A DNA stretch of 61,264 nucleotides, filler included, from Globobulimina sp. (lineage: Eukaryota): NCBI GenBank assembly GCA_003354225.1. It is 20 parts of 20 records of this genome, joined end to end, with 100 filler letters (N's around TTAATTAATTAA, not from the genome) between each part and the next. Parts side by side here need not be neighbours in the genome. Positions count along the whole stretch, not along the records: positions 9,211 to 12,180 come from PIVH01004192.1; positions 12,281 to 15,249 come from PIVH01004193.1; positions 15,350 to 18,318 come from PIVH01004194.1; positions 18,419 to 21,387 come from PIVH01004195.1; 16 more parts are not named here. One strand, written 5' to 3'. Positions 10,624 through 21,487 of this stretch are shown in pieces. Position 1 is the first letter of the stretch; every line of letters begins with the position of its first letter. The notes below the pieces were generated by a model. That model saw only the letters and a program-made list of their open reading frames with translations. It searched no databases and was not told where the DNA came from. The translations under genes and the position numbers were made by a program.

Positions 10624-11685
10624 ATGGTATATCTGCTGATAATCCCCACAAAAAAACAGCTTAGTTTCACCAAACATGAAAAAATGAGCATGGCACAGGC
10701 AAACGACCAACAAACCATTGAAAGCATTCAAAAGGAGGTATTGGCGTTATATGAAAAAGCATGGGAATTGGAAAAAGAAACTATAAGATTAGGAATTCGA
10801 AAAAAGAAAAAAAAATCAGAAATATTTCTTGCCAGAGAGATATTGGAAATATTAATTGAAATACAAGATGATTATCGCAATGATGGTTCGTCATTATCTC
10901 ATAAATTAAAAGAAAAAAAAATAAATTTGATTGAAAAATATATTTTCAAATTAAAATCATGTCAACACATTGAAATGTTGACAGATTATCGAAATCGAAA
11001 TGTATTTCTGTTATTAATCTCCATTCCATGTAAACGAACTATAAATTGTTTAAATCATTTAATTTCGTTAAATTGCGATATAAATACAACGGACAATGAA
11101 GGCCATAACGGATGTCATATTGCCTGCGAGTTTACAAATATAAATGCATTGAAATTGTTGTATAAATATGGCGTAAATGTGATATTAAAAGACAAGTCAT
11201 CGCAGCAGTTGACACCACTCCATATTGCCATTGATATATTGATATCATCCCAGAAAGATGCCAATGCGCAAATAAATACACATAAATATGCGAAAATGGT
11301 TAAATTATGCAGCAAATATGCATTATTGCAGGGACAGGATATTGTAAATGATAAGTTGCCAAAAGGCAGTGGACAAAGTTGGAATTTTAAGCTCGGAAGT
11401 TGCATTTTGTCGGTTGCTATGGAGGCGGACAACATTCATGTTTTAGAGGTATTGACCAAAGCATACAATTACTGTTATAATTTGCACAAAGAGTGCTTGA
11501 AACAATTAAATGTTAATGAGACAATGGCAGATTTAATATGGTCGTTTATGTATTATAAATTACCCAAATTGGGTTTAAATAATAAATTAAAAAAAGCAAA
11601 GCAACGAATACAACGGGAAAGGATGAAACGGAGATCAAATGTAAAAAAAAAGGGCAAGCAAAAAAAATCCGTTGCCACTCTTTAA
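10624..11685 (+). CDS. Ankyrin-repeat protein
   Basis: CDINTTDNEGHNGCHIACE...LKLLYKYGVNV...LTPLHIA. Confidence 0.8.
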   Translation: MVYLLIIPTKKQLSFTKHEKMSMAQANDQQTIESIQKEVLALYEKAWELEKETIRLGIRKKKKKSEIFLAREILEILIEIQDDYRNDGSSLSHKLKEKKINLIEKYIFKLKSCQHIEMLTDYRNRNVFLLLISIPCKRTINCLNHLISLNCDINTTDNEGHNGCHIACEFTNINALKLLYKYGVNVILKDKSSQQLTPLHIAIDILISSQKDANAQINTHKYAKMVKLCSKYALLQGQDIVNDKLPKGSGQSWNFKLGSCILSVAMEADNIHVLEVLTKAYNYCYNLHKECLKQLNVNETMADLIWSFMYYKLPKLGLNNKLKKAKQRIQRERMKRRSNVKKKGKQKKSVATL

Positions 11686-11887
11686 CTGTCCAATACATAC
11701 CAATTCTAATTGTCTTACTATTTTAATTAATGTCACCACGTATCTGTACTTTTTAAGTCTTTTAAAAAAACATTGTGGATTCATGTCTCACTATTGTACA
11801 GTATCGGTATGTGAATAATGTGATATTACTCCGTATAGTTTCATCTTTTATTACGTATTAAAGGACGCACAGTTTGCGAAAGCAATA

Positions 11888-12180
11888 TTGATAGCTGATG
11901 ATTTATGGCAACACACTAATTTTAGACGTGATAAATCCCTCAAATTATTAACAAAAATTTATCAAAACATCAAAAATAACCCAAATCAAAGAAAATATCG
12001 ACAGTTAAATATGAGAAAAATCTCATCAAAAACAAATATTGTACCACAAGTAAGACAAATATTATTATGTTCCGGTTTTAGTACAGATAATGATGAAACA
12101 CATTTGGATCTGAATGATAATAATTTGACTTTATGCATTTCTGTTGGTGACATGCTACAGCATCGAATAAAAAATGATAA
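11888..12180 (+). CDS. PUB-domain protein, partial
   Basis: SLKLLTKIYQNIKNNPNQRKYRQLN...QILLCSGF matches the PUB consensus. Confidence 0.75.
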
Positions 12181-12280
12181 NNNNNNNNNNNNNNNNNNNN
12201 NNNNNNNNNNNNNNNNNNNNNNNNTTAATTAATTAANNNNNNNNNNNNNNNNNNNNNNNNNNNNNNNNNNNNNNNNNNNN

Positions 12281-13416
12281 AACTCTGCCATTTCATTTTT
12301 GTTCTCCTCCTTTAACTCCTCCTCAAATTCCGCATTCTCACTTTTATTCTCACTCTCCTTCCTCGCATTTAACTGTCTCAATCTCGCAATGATTGGAAAT
12401 ACTGCGCCGACCCAAAACGAATAACATGCATCCACCAATTTGTTGCTTCTCCCTTGAAAGCCGCCTGAAAATTGCATCTGTTTCAAGACCTGCCAACGTA
12501 TTAATTTTTCTATATCAATGCTGTTCGTTTCATTTATCAAATGCGGGAAATGCGACTGAATGATAAGAAAACAGGCAACACCGCAATACGCATAGCCGCC
12601 ATGAGCTTCGTCGTCCGGTTCCTGAGCAAAGCCGCCTTCGTAGGTCTGACACCTCGACAGCCACAACAACGCATTCTTGCACAACTTCTCATCCATCAGA
12701 TTCAGCACCGAGGCACAGGCCAACCCGCAGTACGCGGCACGGATATCAATCTCACCGCCATCCTGTACACTGAAACTACCATTTGGTTGTTGCTGACGGA
12801 GCACAAACTCGTAAAAACTCTTTCTATTGTTCTCAACTACAATGTGCTGCAGAGTTAGTTATATAAAATGTACAGTACAGTACCTATTTATTGCATTGTA
12901 TGCTTGCTTAGTTCCGATGGACAACAAAGTCATAACAGCACCGAATGAAGCAGCCATATGGGCGAACTGTAAGGGACCGCCGGCAAAACCACCCTTGGGA
13001 TGTTGGCAGGAGGATATAAAGCGAATTAATGACTGTTGCAAATCCTTTGTAATGTGCATTTCAGCGGATAATAGATTCAATGCGTTGACAATCCAGTAGC
13101 AAATCCAGGTTCTGCTGCAATCCAAGTTGGAATAGCCAGAGGATAATGATTGTAACCCTCGAGAACAATATTCGATACATTTACGTCGGTTTAATGCGGT
13201 GGATGCAATCATGTCACTTCGTAACAGCCATAGTTTGATCTTATTGCCACATTGCTGCTCTGTGCGTAACTGGTCTTGCGATGTTTTGGTGTCTACGTTG
13301 TTGATTGCTTCGTGCATCGGCATTTCAAATATATCATCATCTAAGTCTTGGCAATCCCAGCACTCTGATGACGGTATTACCGATGCAAAGGTTTGGATGT
13401 TTGGAAACGCCCACAT
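12281..13416 (-). CDS. FNTB: Protein farnesyltransferase beta subunit, 3' partial; intron 12824-12883
   Basis: LDCSRTWICYW, GGFAGGP.Q.AH, GEIDIRAAYC, CQTYEGG, EAHGGYAYC and FQGRSNKLVDACYSFW. A 60-nt GT-AG intron joins the two ORFs in frame (AINR/KSFYEF). Confidence 0.95.
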
Positions 13417-13519
13417 GCTTCGAAGTTGTTAGTGAAAACTTATTTAGCCAACAGCAACAATTGCAAGACCAGTAAATATTAGCAGTAAGTACATGCCACA
13501 GCACCAAGAAGGTTTGGTG

Positions 13520-14305
13520 TTATATTATAGTATTATTATAATTACACAAATACAGTTTTGTCATTTTAAGAATTAAATTGAATTTTGTTCGATGATAACA
13601 CCCATAATTTTCAATAAATTCCATTTTAACGCAATTTAATTGTTTCTCTTTTATTAAATCATAGTCAATTCCCGAAATATCAATTGTTTGATAATTTCCC
13701 TGTTCTAAATCAATTGGATTCGGATCAAATGTATACCATTCGTTATTCTTTGGATTTCCAATCAAAAATTTCATAGTTTTTACTGCTCGCAAATTACAAT
13801 AATTTTTAATTTTAATTTGAGTCGGAAAATATAAAACATTTATATTACAAAATTCAAATATAATCCAATCATTTTCATCCAAAGCAAAACCAGAACATTT
13901 TTTACTGGAATAATAATGATCTGTGTCAATAATAAGATTGCTGGGAACTGTGTGTTGATTTAAACTGCCTCGAAATGAATGTAGATTCAATGCAATTTGT
14001 TCAAACTCATAATAAAATAACAAACAAATATAATTTACGTTGTTGGGAATCACTAAGAATAAATTCAAATTTTGCTCATTTTCTCGTAAAAATCCATTAA
14101 TTATATCCTTAAATCTGCGATGTACAATTTTTACGGTTCTAAAATTAAAACATGGCTCAGTAATATTTGCCGATTGTTTTACCACTTCAAATGATTTTGG
14201 TTTGTCCATAAAAACAAATTCACCGAAATCATTTTGCAACTTTATCAAAAATCGATCATTATTTTCCGAACTTGTGATTTGCGACAACAATTTAATGAAA
14301 ACCAC
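13520..14305 (-). CDS. Hypothetical protein with a galactose-binding/discoidin-like beta-sandwich
   Basis: PSNLI...YYSS...DWIIFEF...PTQIKIKN...AVKTMKFLIG...VKMEFIENYG pattern; ends uncertain. Confidence 0.5.
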   Translation of the reverse strand: MVFIKLLSQITSSENNDRFLIKLQNDFGEFVFMDKPKSFEVVKQSANITEPCFNFRTVKIVHRRFKDIINGFLRENEQNLNLFLVIPNNVNYICLLFYYEFEQIALNLHSFRGSLNQHTVPSNLIIDTDHYYSSKKCSGFALDENDWIIFEFCNINVLYFPTQIKIKNYCNLRAVKTMKFLIGNPKNNEWYTFDPNPIDLEQGNYQTIDISGIDYDLIKEKQLNCVKMEFIENYGCYHRTKFNLILKMTKLYLCNYNNTII

Positions 14306-14488
14306 CTCTTTCTACTTTCTGTATATACACATTTTTGGATATAATGACTGTTGACAGTCCAAAACATCAATGCCTGCACTGTTTGTTCCAAAGTCATTGA
14401 AAACGCAGCTTCGATCTCATTTTGATTACAACTTTGTTTATTGATCACAAAATGCAATAATTTATTATATTTTCTATTATTATAATTA

Positions 14489-15196
14489 TTATTCGTATAT
14501 ACATTGTGCATATTGCATCCATTTCGTATTTCTGTTGCAATCTGAATACGAACCATACCGCATTTCCATCAAATAAAATATAGCGCCCATTTCATATCTT
14601 TCCATGCCATTTCTCTGCTCAATTTGCAATATTTTACAACATGTCACTTTTTTATTTGATTTTGTATATTCATCAAAATAGTCGATGTATAACGCATTTT
14701 CTTTTACATCTTTAATTTGTATTTGTTGCTGGCCACATATTAATGGAATGAGTACATCATTTGATAAATTACTGCAATGTTCTCTGCTTACTACGATGTC
14801 AAATATATCATATATATTCAGATTAATTCGAGCAAATAAATGACTTAGATCGCGTTGAAGGAAATGTTTGGTCAATAATCCAATTTTCAGCAAAGGTTTA
14901 TATCTTTGTAATGCATAAAAATGATGCTCGAGTTGTTGAATACGATTAGTTGTTGCAAATTTGATATAATTTTTGTAAATGGAGTCATCAAAATTATAAA
15001 GTAATAAAAATGGTTTATTGCTGATTGTTTTCATGATTTGTTTTTGTATTTTCATTGTTTTCTTTTTTTGTAAATATTCACAATATTCATGTTTGAAACG
15101 GCAGTTTGGTCCACGTGCACAACCCTTGGCAGAATTGAACTTGCGACATATTCCATTCCTTCGTTGATCTCGCTTTTGATCGAACTTGTTGTTCAT
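14489..15196 (-). CDS. CCCH zinc-finger protein with a degenerate HAD-like C-terminal region
   Basis: CRKFNSAKGCARGPNCRFKH; downstream LYNFDDSI...FDIVVSRE...ALYIDY. Confidence 0.6.
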   Translation of the reverse strand: MNNKFDQKRDQRRNGICRKFNSAKGCARGPNCRFKHEYCEYLQKKKTMKIQKQIMKTISNKPFLLLYNFDDSIYKNYIKFATTNRIQQLEHHFYALQRYKPLLKIGLLTKHFLQRDLSHLFARINLNIYDIFDIVVSREHCSNLSNDVLIPLICGQQQIQIKDVKENALYIDYFDEYTKSNKKVTCCKILQIEQRNGMERYEMGAIFYLMEMRYGSYSDCNRNTKWMQYAQCIYE

Positions 15197-15977
15197 TAAT
15201 ATATATAGTGATGGCTCGCGATCGTCTCGTTTGGGTCTAGATCTGAGGTNNNNNNNNNNNNNNNNNNNNNNNNNNNNNNNNNNNNNNNNNNNNTTAATTA
15301 ATTAANNNNNNNNNNNNNNNNNNNNNNNNNNNNNNNNNNNNNNNNNNNNCAAAAAAATTGATAATTTAAATAGTTAAACCAGACCACAAACATACAAAAA
15401 AAGAGATCACTCCTCATAGTCATCAATCATCATCATCAACACCCAAAACTAACTCAGCATTACATTGGAACACACAACTTCAATCAGTACCAATTTAAAT
15501 CACAATATATCACCATGATAGAAACATAAAAATACGAGAAAAACACATAAAAATACTAGAAAACACACAGAAAAATACGATAATTAAAAACATAGAAAAG
15601 TACGAAAACAAAAACAACGTAACTCCAACGGAATATATCATATACGAAATTCGTGATATTTATAACCATCATCAACAACCAAAACTAAATCTTTGTTCAA
15701 TGAGCTTAATCACCTCCTATATAAAAACCTACATATAAAAAATATAAATAATATATGTAATGCATATAAAATAAATTATCAATCTCAACTGTTGCGATTA
15801 TCAAAATACTCAACTCTTAAAATTATCAAAATAGTTAAAACTCAACAATGTGGTTATATATTAATATCTCTTGGATGGTTTTGGTTACATTATGTAGTAA
15901 ATGCAAATCGTAGAGAGGATTTCAATAAAATTGCCGAAGTATAATTGCAACCAAATATTGAGGAAATAAGTATAAAT

Positions 15978-17630
15978 TTATAATCGCATAAAAGCAATCC
16001 AAACCGGTAACACATTAACATCCTCAAACAAAGTCAACATTAACACTTCAATATAATCAACAAACTGCACATCTGCAATTCCAATATTACTATATTGCAA
16101 ATGCAGGTCAATTATATCAACAATTGCTTTGTCCCACATTTTTTGATATTTATCTTCAAACATAAAACAAGCATTTAAATGTTCTTTAAACTCTGATATT
16201 GTTCTAGCACAGTCTTCAATTCGTGCTGTCATACATTTTAAAATATCTTCAATATCCAATCCAATTCCATACCATTCCAATGTATCATAACTCAAATCAT
16301 CCAACAAAGGATATATTTTCTTGTACTTCGCCAATAAAAATCCATCAACACCACCAACCTCAACATATTCCAAACACTTTAAATGTGCATCATATCCTTG
16401 GAACTGAGTTGTGATTTTTTGACACCACTTTTCAACTAAATTCTGTATGAAGTACAAGAATTCATTAATATAATCCATGCGCATCGTGTCCGACGCTGGA
16501 TTTATGGGCAACTTATATTCTATAATTTGTTTTGCATGGCTTTGGTCCGCCGATTTGAACCACATTGACAAAGCAAAAGAAAAGTTGTTATTTTCAACTT
16601 GATGGTGCCAATAACCCGGCAAATATAACAACTCATTCTCATAAACATCAACCTCATGAATGGGATAGCTCTCTTTGAGATTATTAGAATTATTATAATA
16701 TATAAATTCATGTCGATACGATTGATGAGCGATTGGATACAATGGGAAGACGCAGGCCGTTGGCAAAGAGAGCTTGAACTTTCTTGAACCTTTCAACACA
16801 AAAAATAGGTTATTCGGCTTATCATAATGTCGGATGGCTTGATAATAATGCAAACCAAACCAAATATGAATGTCAATTATTTTATCAATATCATCGATTT
16901 CAAATAATCCAAAGAACGCAGACAAATCGATATGCTCTAAAATGGAGTCAATGTATTGCTCATCATCAGCATTATCAGCATCAGCATCCATGTCATTGTC
17001 GTATAGAGCCTGAGACTGTGCGTTAGCGGTTGAAAAAACTCGTGAATATGAATAGAATTTTGTATATTGATTGTTAGAGCGATCATAAATGCGTTGATTC
17101 AGTTTATCGACACTTTTTATTTGATTGTTGAACGATTTCAGAGTGATTGATGACGAATTGATAATGTTGTATGCGTCTTTCATTTGAATTGAGCCAAAGG
17201 AAACATTCAAACATTTGTTTGTTGCGAGTGATAAGTTTGATGTTGTTCGCCATCGTTCAAATGGGAGCCAATGAGCGTAATTATTTTGATTGTTGCCAGT
17301 ATATAAAAATGTGGATGCTAATTCTTGACATATTGTATGCGTATCAACGGTATCATGCTTGCTTTGCAATTCTTCCTCAAAACAGGAACAATTTGTTATT
17401 TGCTGTTTGCACTCAATCTTGTAATCATCCTCGTAAATATTCAGCAGATTCTCGTATAGGGTCCAATTGCTCATTGGCGAATTTGTTATTATTAATGGCT
17501 TGCTTAAAGTTAGAGGCATTGATAGCATTTCTGAATAGGTTGCGACCGCAATACCTCCTCTGTTGGACACTGCCAAGGTACACGCACAGAGTAAGCACAA
17601 CGAACTAGTTACAAAGTGTGAAGAAGCCAT
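15978..17630 (-). CDS. JmjC/Cupin_8 2-oxoglutarate-Fe(II) oxygenase with a signal peptide
   Basis: PLIITN, HIWFG...RHYD.PNNLFFVLKGSRKF and ELLYLPGYWHHQV (HxD...H triad); hydrophobic N-terminus. Confidence 0.85.
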   Translation of the reverse strand: MASSHFVTSSLCLLCACTLAVSNRGGIAVATYSEMLSMPLTLSKPLIITNSPMSNWTLYENLLNIYEDDYKIECKQQITNCSCFEEELQSKHDTVDTHTICQELASTFLYTGNNQNNYAHWLPFERWRTTSNLSLATNKCLNVSFGSIQMKDAYNIINSSSITLKSFNNQIKSVDKLNQRIYDRSNNQYTKFYSYSRVFSTANAQSQALYDNDMDADADNADDEQYIDSILEHIDLSAFFGLFEIDDIDKIIDIHIWFGLHYYQAIRHYDKPNNLFFVLKGSRKFKLSLPTACVFPLYPIAHQSYRHEFIYYNNSNNLKESYPIHEVDVYENELLYLPGYWHHQVENNNFSFALSMWFKSADQSHAKQIIEYKLPINPASDTMRMDYINEFLYFIQNLVEKWCQKITTQFQGYDAHLKCLEYVEVGGVDGFLLAKYKKIYPLLDDLSYDTLEWYGIGLDIEDILKCMTARIEDCARTISEFKEHLNACFMFEDKYQKMWDKAIVDIIDLHLQYSNIGIADVQFVDYIEVLMLTLFEDVNVLPVWIAFMRL

Positions 17631-17649
17631 TCAACTAAAAACTGTTTAT

Positions 17650-18318
17650 TTATATTTGAGTTACAAGAGCAAAATTGTTCCAATTGTCAGCTTGAACCAC
17701 GTCAGCAGAGAATTGACAGACATTGTCATTATTTATCCATTTAATTGGTGCTCGCAAATCAGTCCATTCGTGATACACCGCCTGGTCTGCTGCGTAAATA
17801 CCAGCAATATTAAGAATTGTGCCACTTTTATTTGTCCATAATATTGGCCGTCTTTCATATGGATTTGTTGTATTTGAATTCGAAGAAAACTCGGAAAATG
17901 CATTTTTATTCAAATCAAAATAGCGAATGATTTTCTTTCTAAATCGGATATTTTGTGCACCGCCGATATACACTTTATTGGTATTGCAGCAATAAGTGAT
18001 GCCACATTCAGTCGCTTCAAATGGATTCTTCCTATGTAAAATGGAGCATTTTTTGCTTTCTAAGTCATAAATGGCTGCTGTTTTACTATGGAAACCCAGA
18101 CTGTCTCCGCCATTTACAAAAAATAACTGTTTCTCATCAATCATGCGTGTTACTTCCATAGGATATACGGTAACAGTGCAGGTTGCTTCCCATTTTTCAC
18201 AAGTATAAGAACCAATAGGGTTTATGGCAACTTTTCCTATTATTCCTGCTTCTTCCAGTGCTTCTTGTTCTGCAGATTCACGAGGTGAGAGTGCTGGTTC
18301 CTTTATCCCTTTGGGAAG
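17650..18318 (-). CDS. Kelch-like beta-propeller protein, 5' partial
   Basis: LFFVNGG...AIYDL, VYIGG...YFDLNKN, PILW...LNIAG...EWTDLR. Confidence 0.7.
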   Translation of the reverse strand, partial: LPKGIKEPALSPRESAEQEALEEAGIIGKVAINPIGSYTCEKWEATCTVTVYPMEVTRMIDEKQLFFVNGGDSLGFHSKTAAIYDLESKKCSILHRKNPFEATECGITYCCNTNKVYIGGAQNIRFRKKIIRYFDLNKNAFSEFSSNSNTTNPYERRPILWTNKSGTILNIAGIYAADQAVYHEWTDLRAPIKWINNDNVCQFSADVVQADNWNNFALVTQI

Positions 18319-18418
18319 NNNNNNNNNNNNNNNNNNNNNNNNNNNNNNNNNNNNNNNNNNNNTTAATTAATTAANNNNNNNNNNNNNNNNNNNNNNNNNN
18401 NNNNNNNNNNNNNNNNNN

Positions 18419-18686
18419 AAATATATGCTGCATCACCACAAGAAACAATATTTTTTATTGCTTTTTCAAATGTTTTTATTTTTGTTGTTTTTTGAAGGTC
18501 TTCATTTCCGCCGTTACCTTGTTGTCCCTTTGCATTCGCACCAATAGAATGTAATAGCAATAAGATATAAGAATGGAACGCATGAATAATGCTAATAATA
18601 TCTGTATGGATGTATGGAGTGCTCCATTTTCTAACGTATGCACTTACTAATAATTGGGATCGTCTTTTCCTGACAGCATTGTTCAT
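18419..18686 (-). CDS. RCC1-like repeat protein, 3' partial
   Basis: SIGANAKGQQGNG...IKNIVSCGD resembles an RCC1 repeat. Confidence 0.6.
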
Positions 18687-18741
18687 TTTCTGTCTGTTTG
18701 TTTTTTACACAAATTTATTAAACTACTTAAGTTGGCATAAA

Positions 18742-18810
18742 TGTGACGTATCTCAATTGGTAGAGCACTGCTTTTATGCAGGGAATCCAGGTTCAAATCC
18801 TGGCGCCTGA
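18742..18810 (+). pseudogene. Degenerate tRNA (Ala-like) or tRNA-derived SINE head
   Basis: A-box/D-arm TATCTCAATTGGTAGAGC and a perfect T-arm CCAGG-TTCAAAT-CCTGG (18787-18803). The anticodon arm is short (CTGC-TTTTAT-GCAG) and the acceptor stem pairs poorly. Confidence 0.7.
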
Positions 18811-19276
18811 TATTGGGCATTATTGCATTATATGATTGAATGTAGACGGATGCAGTGGAATATATTTAAGAAGCAATATAAGAATGTGAATAAAGTTTAG
18901 CATTGGTATAGAAAGAATATGCCGTCCAATATATCGACGGTGAGTGGCGGTGTGGCCTCGCATCATTCGTCGATATATTGGACGGCGACGGCAATGTGAA
19001 TGAGAATGAGTGTGAGGATGGCGGTGTTATAGCGCATACCGACAGCAATGTGTCTGTGCCAAACCAATCAAATGTGTCCAAATCATATTAATTATTTATC
19101 ATTTTGGTTTGATGCTGAATTTGGAACATTTAATGCTGAACAATGCAATGTATTAAATAAAAAAAAACACACATTATCCATTATATATATTGTGTGTGTT
19201 TATCGTTTCCCTCTCATCTTATTATTCACACAGCATAAATGTATACTATACTTTAAATCCCAAACTCATTCACACC

Positions 19277-20997
19277 ATGTCGTTCATTCGCTTTTTTGTG
19301 TTTGTGTTTATTGCGATATCGTGCGGACAAGTTCCACCTGCAGATGAATGTCAATTCGTAAATGCAACAGTTACGAAGAAACCAACTCTCTTTCCTTGCC
19401 TCCAAATTAAATTATTATTCATACAAATTAATTCAAAAGGAACCACCAGAATGCCCTAAGACCATTGGACCGCCATGTATGTCATAGTCATAACCAGATA
19501 CATTTAAACTAAAACTAATACCAATACAATACAATGCTTTATAGGTCCTCCATGCGTCGTAAATGAAGCTCGAGACTATGAAACAGGCGATTCATTGATC
19601 CTAACTCAAGCAACAAGAGACTCAATCCATGGATACATGCAACAATACCTCGACTATTGGCCCTCTCATTATCCTCCCAGCTCCACAACGGGCGGCCCGT
19701 CGATAGTGATTGGCGCAGCCGGCAGAAGCTTAATATTTCTGCGAATGTACAATTATACGGCCAACCAAAGCTATCTCGATTTGGCTCGAGATTACATTGA
19801 CTCTGCCATTAAACAGCTGCCTCGTTTCGATAATTCGCCGTCGTATTTTGGTGGACGTACTGGTGTCTACATAGTGGCTGCGCAGATCGCAAACTTCCAA
19901 AACGATGCCGACAAATTGGTGCAATATTTGGCGAACATTACCGATATATTTGGCGATGTCCAAGAAGCGATGGCCACGAACCGGCCAAAAAGCAAAACGT
20001 ATGGATTCGATATGAGCGATGGATGCATTATGACCGGACTGGGCGGATTGTTATATTCTGGCATGTTGGTCGACGAATACTTTGGCGGCACTGTGGTGAC
20101 TCGGCAATTTATTGTCAATTTGGCGCATTATTTAATTCAAATCGGCTTGGATTTGGCTGCTCAGTTTAATGAAGATTTCCTTGTTTATAAATTTGGCTAT
20201 GGCCAATCTTGTTTTTTGCCGGGAAGGTCTGTGCGAATTCAGTGTCTGCAGCACTTTGCCAATACGAATAGTTATAAATACTAAACAGTGCAGAAGGCAG
20301 TGGCGGTGTCGTCAAGATGTTGTTGGAAGCATATAACAGAGGATTTGTGCCCGATTTAATGAGCAATGCAAGCTACAAAAATGCGCTGCAAAACACCATC
20401 AATTGGTTCGTCTCCATACAGTTACAGGACGGCAACATGCCCACTTATTCGGACAATGAGCGGGTTGCTTGCGGCGCGGTGTACGGCCACGACAATGATG
20501 AGAGGGTGCAATGGTGCCATGGCGCGCCGGGCTTCATTGATACGTTCAGTTTATCCGCAGTGGCTTTCGACAGTTTTGGCGACATTGCCTCGGCGGACAG
20601 ATATTTGAATGCGGCGTTACTGGCATTTAATGCAACGTGGCGGAGAGGGCTATTGATCAAAGGATTGATGCAATGCCACGGAATCGGAGGGAATGCCTAT
20701 TCATTGTTGCATTTATACAAAAATTTGGAGATAATATCGAGGAGAAATACGATATTGAATAATTATTTCGATGTTGCTTTTTTAATGAAGCAGTCGATGT
20801 GGAGAGCCATTCAATTTGTTACCTTTACGTTGGATGCCAGGAATTTGAATGTGTTGCGGACGGAGTACTCGAATGAAGACTATTCGCTTTGGTTGGGGAG
20901 TTATGGCATTCCGGTGTTGTATATTCAGGCGATACAAGAAAATTGGCCGCAATCTGAACCTGTTTGTATGGTCGCATATGATTTTTGTGGAGTGTAA
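19277..20997 (+). CDS. LanC-like (LANCL family) protein with a signal peptide; introns 19358-19439, 19477-19544, 20227-20288
   Basis: All three GT-AG introns keep the frame. Motifs: SIVIGAAG, SYFGGRTG, IMTGLGG, VQWCHGAPG, WRRGLLIKGLMQCHGIGGNAY, YSLWLGSYG. Confidence 0.9.
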
Positions 20998-21196
20998 AAG
21001 GCTAAATAATTATTTTTCAATTTATAAGTAATTGCAATCTTAAATCTTTAGACTGCAAAGCCGTGCTCCATTACCCCTACCATTAATATTTCAACTTGGC
21101 ATTTTTAATTAAGATGATGCTTTTTTTTATTAGGAACAATAATATTTTTTTATTAGGAACAATTTGACTTTTTAGGCTTAAACTTCTAAACACTTC

Positions 21197-21332
21197 TTTT
21201 GTGATTGGCAAGGTTTTTGGGTTAGCTAGAGTGGTTTTCAACTTTCAATACTAGGATTCGAAACCTAGGTCAACTTCGAATACTAGGTTGAAAACCACTT
21301 TAGCTAACCCAAAAACCTTGCCAATCACAAAA
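21197..21332. repeat. Palindromic element with 46-bp inverted arms (MITE-like)
   Basis: 21197-21242 is the reverse complement of 21287-21332 with one mismatch; 44-bp spacer. Confidence 0.9.
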
Positions 21333-21487
21333 AATTGTTTAAAGTGCAAAAATAATTGTTTAAAGTGCAAAAATGTAAATCTCAACGNNNNNNNNNNNNN
21401 NNNNNNNNNNNNNNNNNNNNNNNNNNNNNNNTTAATTAATTAANNNNNNNNNNNNNNNNNNNNNNNNNNNNNNNNNNNNNNNNNNNN

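Noticed and set aside
18742..18810. Functional or suppressor tRNA explaining the in-frame TAA codons (its loop contains TTA)
   Set aside because: The anticodon arm is only 4 bp with a 6-nt loop and the acceptor stem is mismatched, so it is unlikely to be charged.
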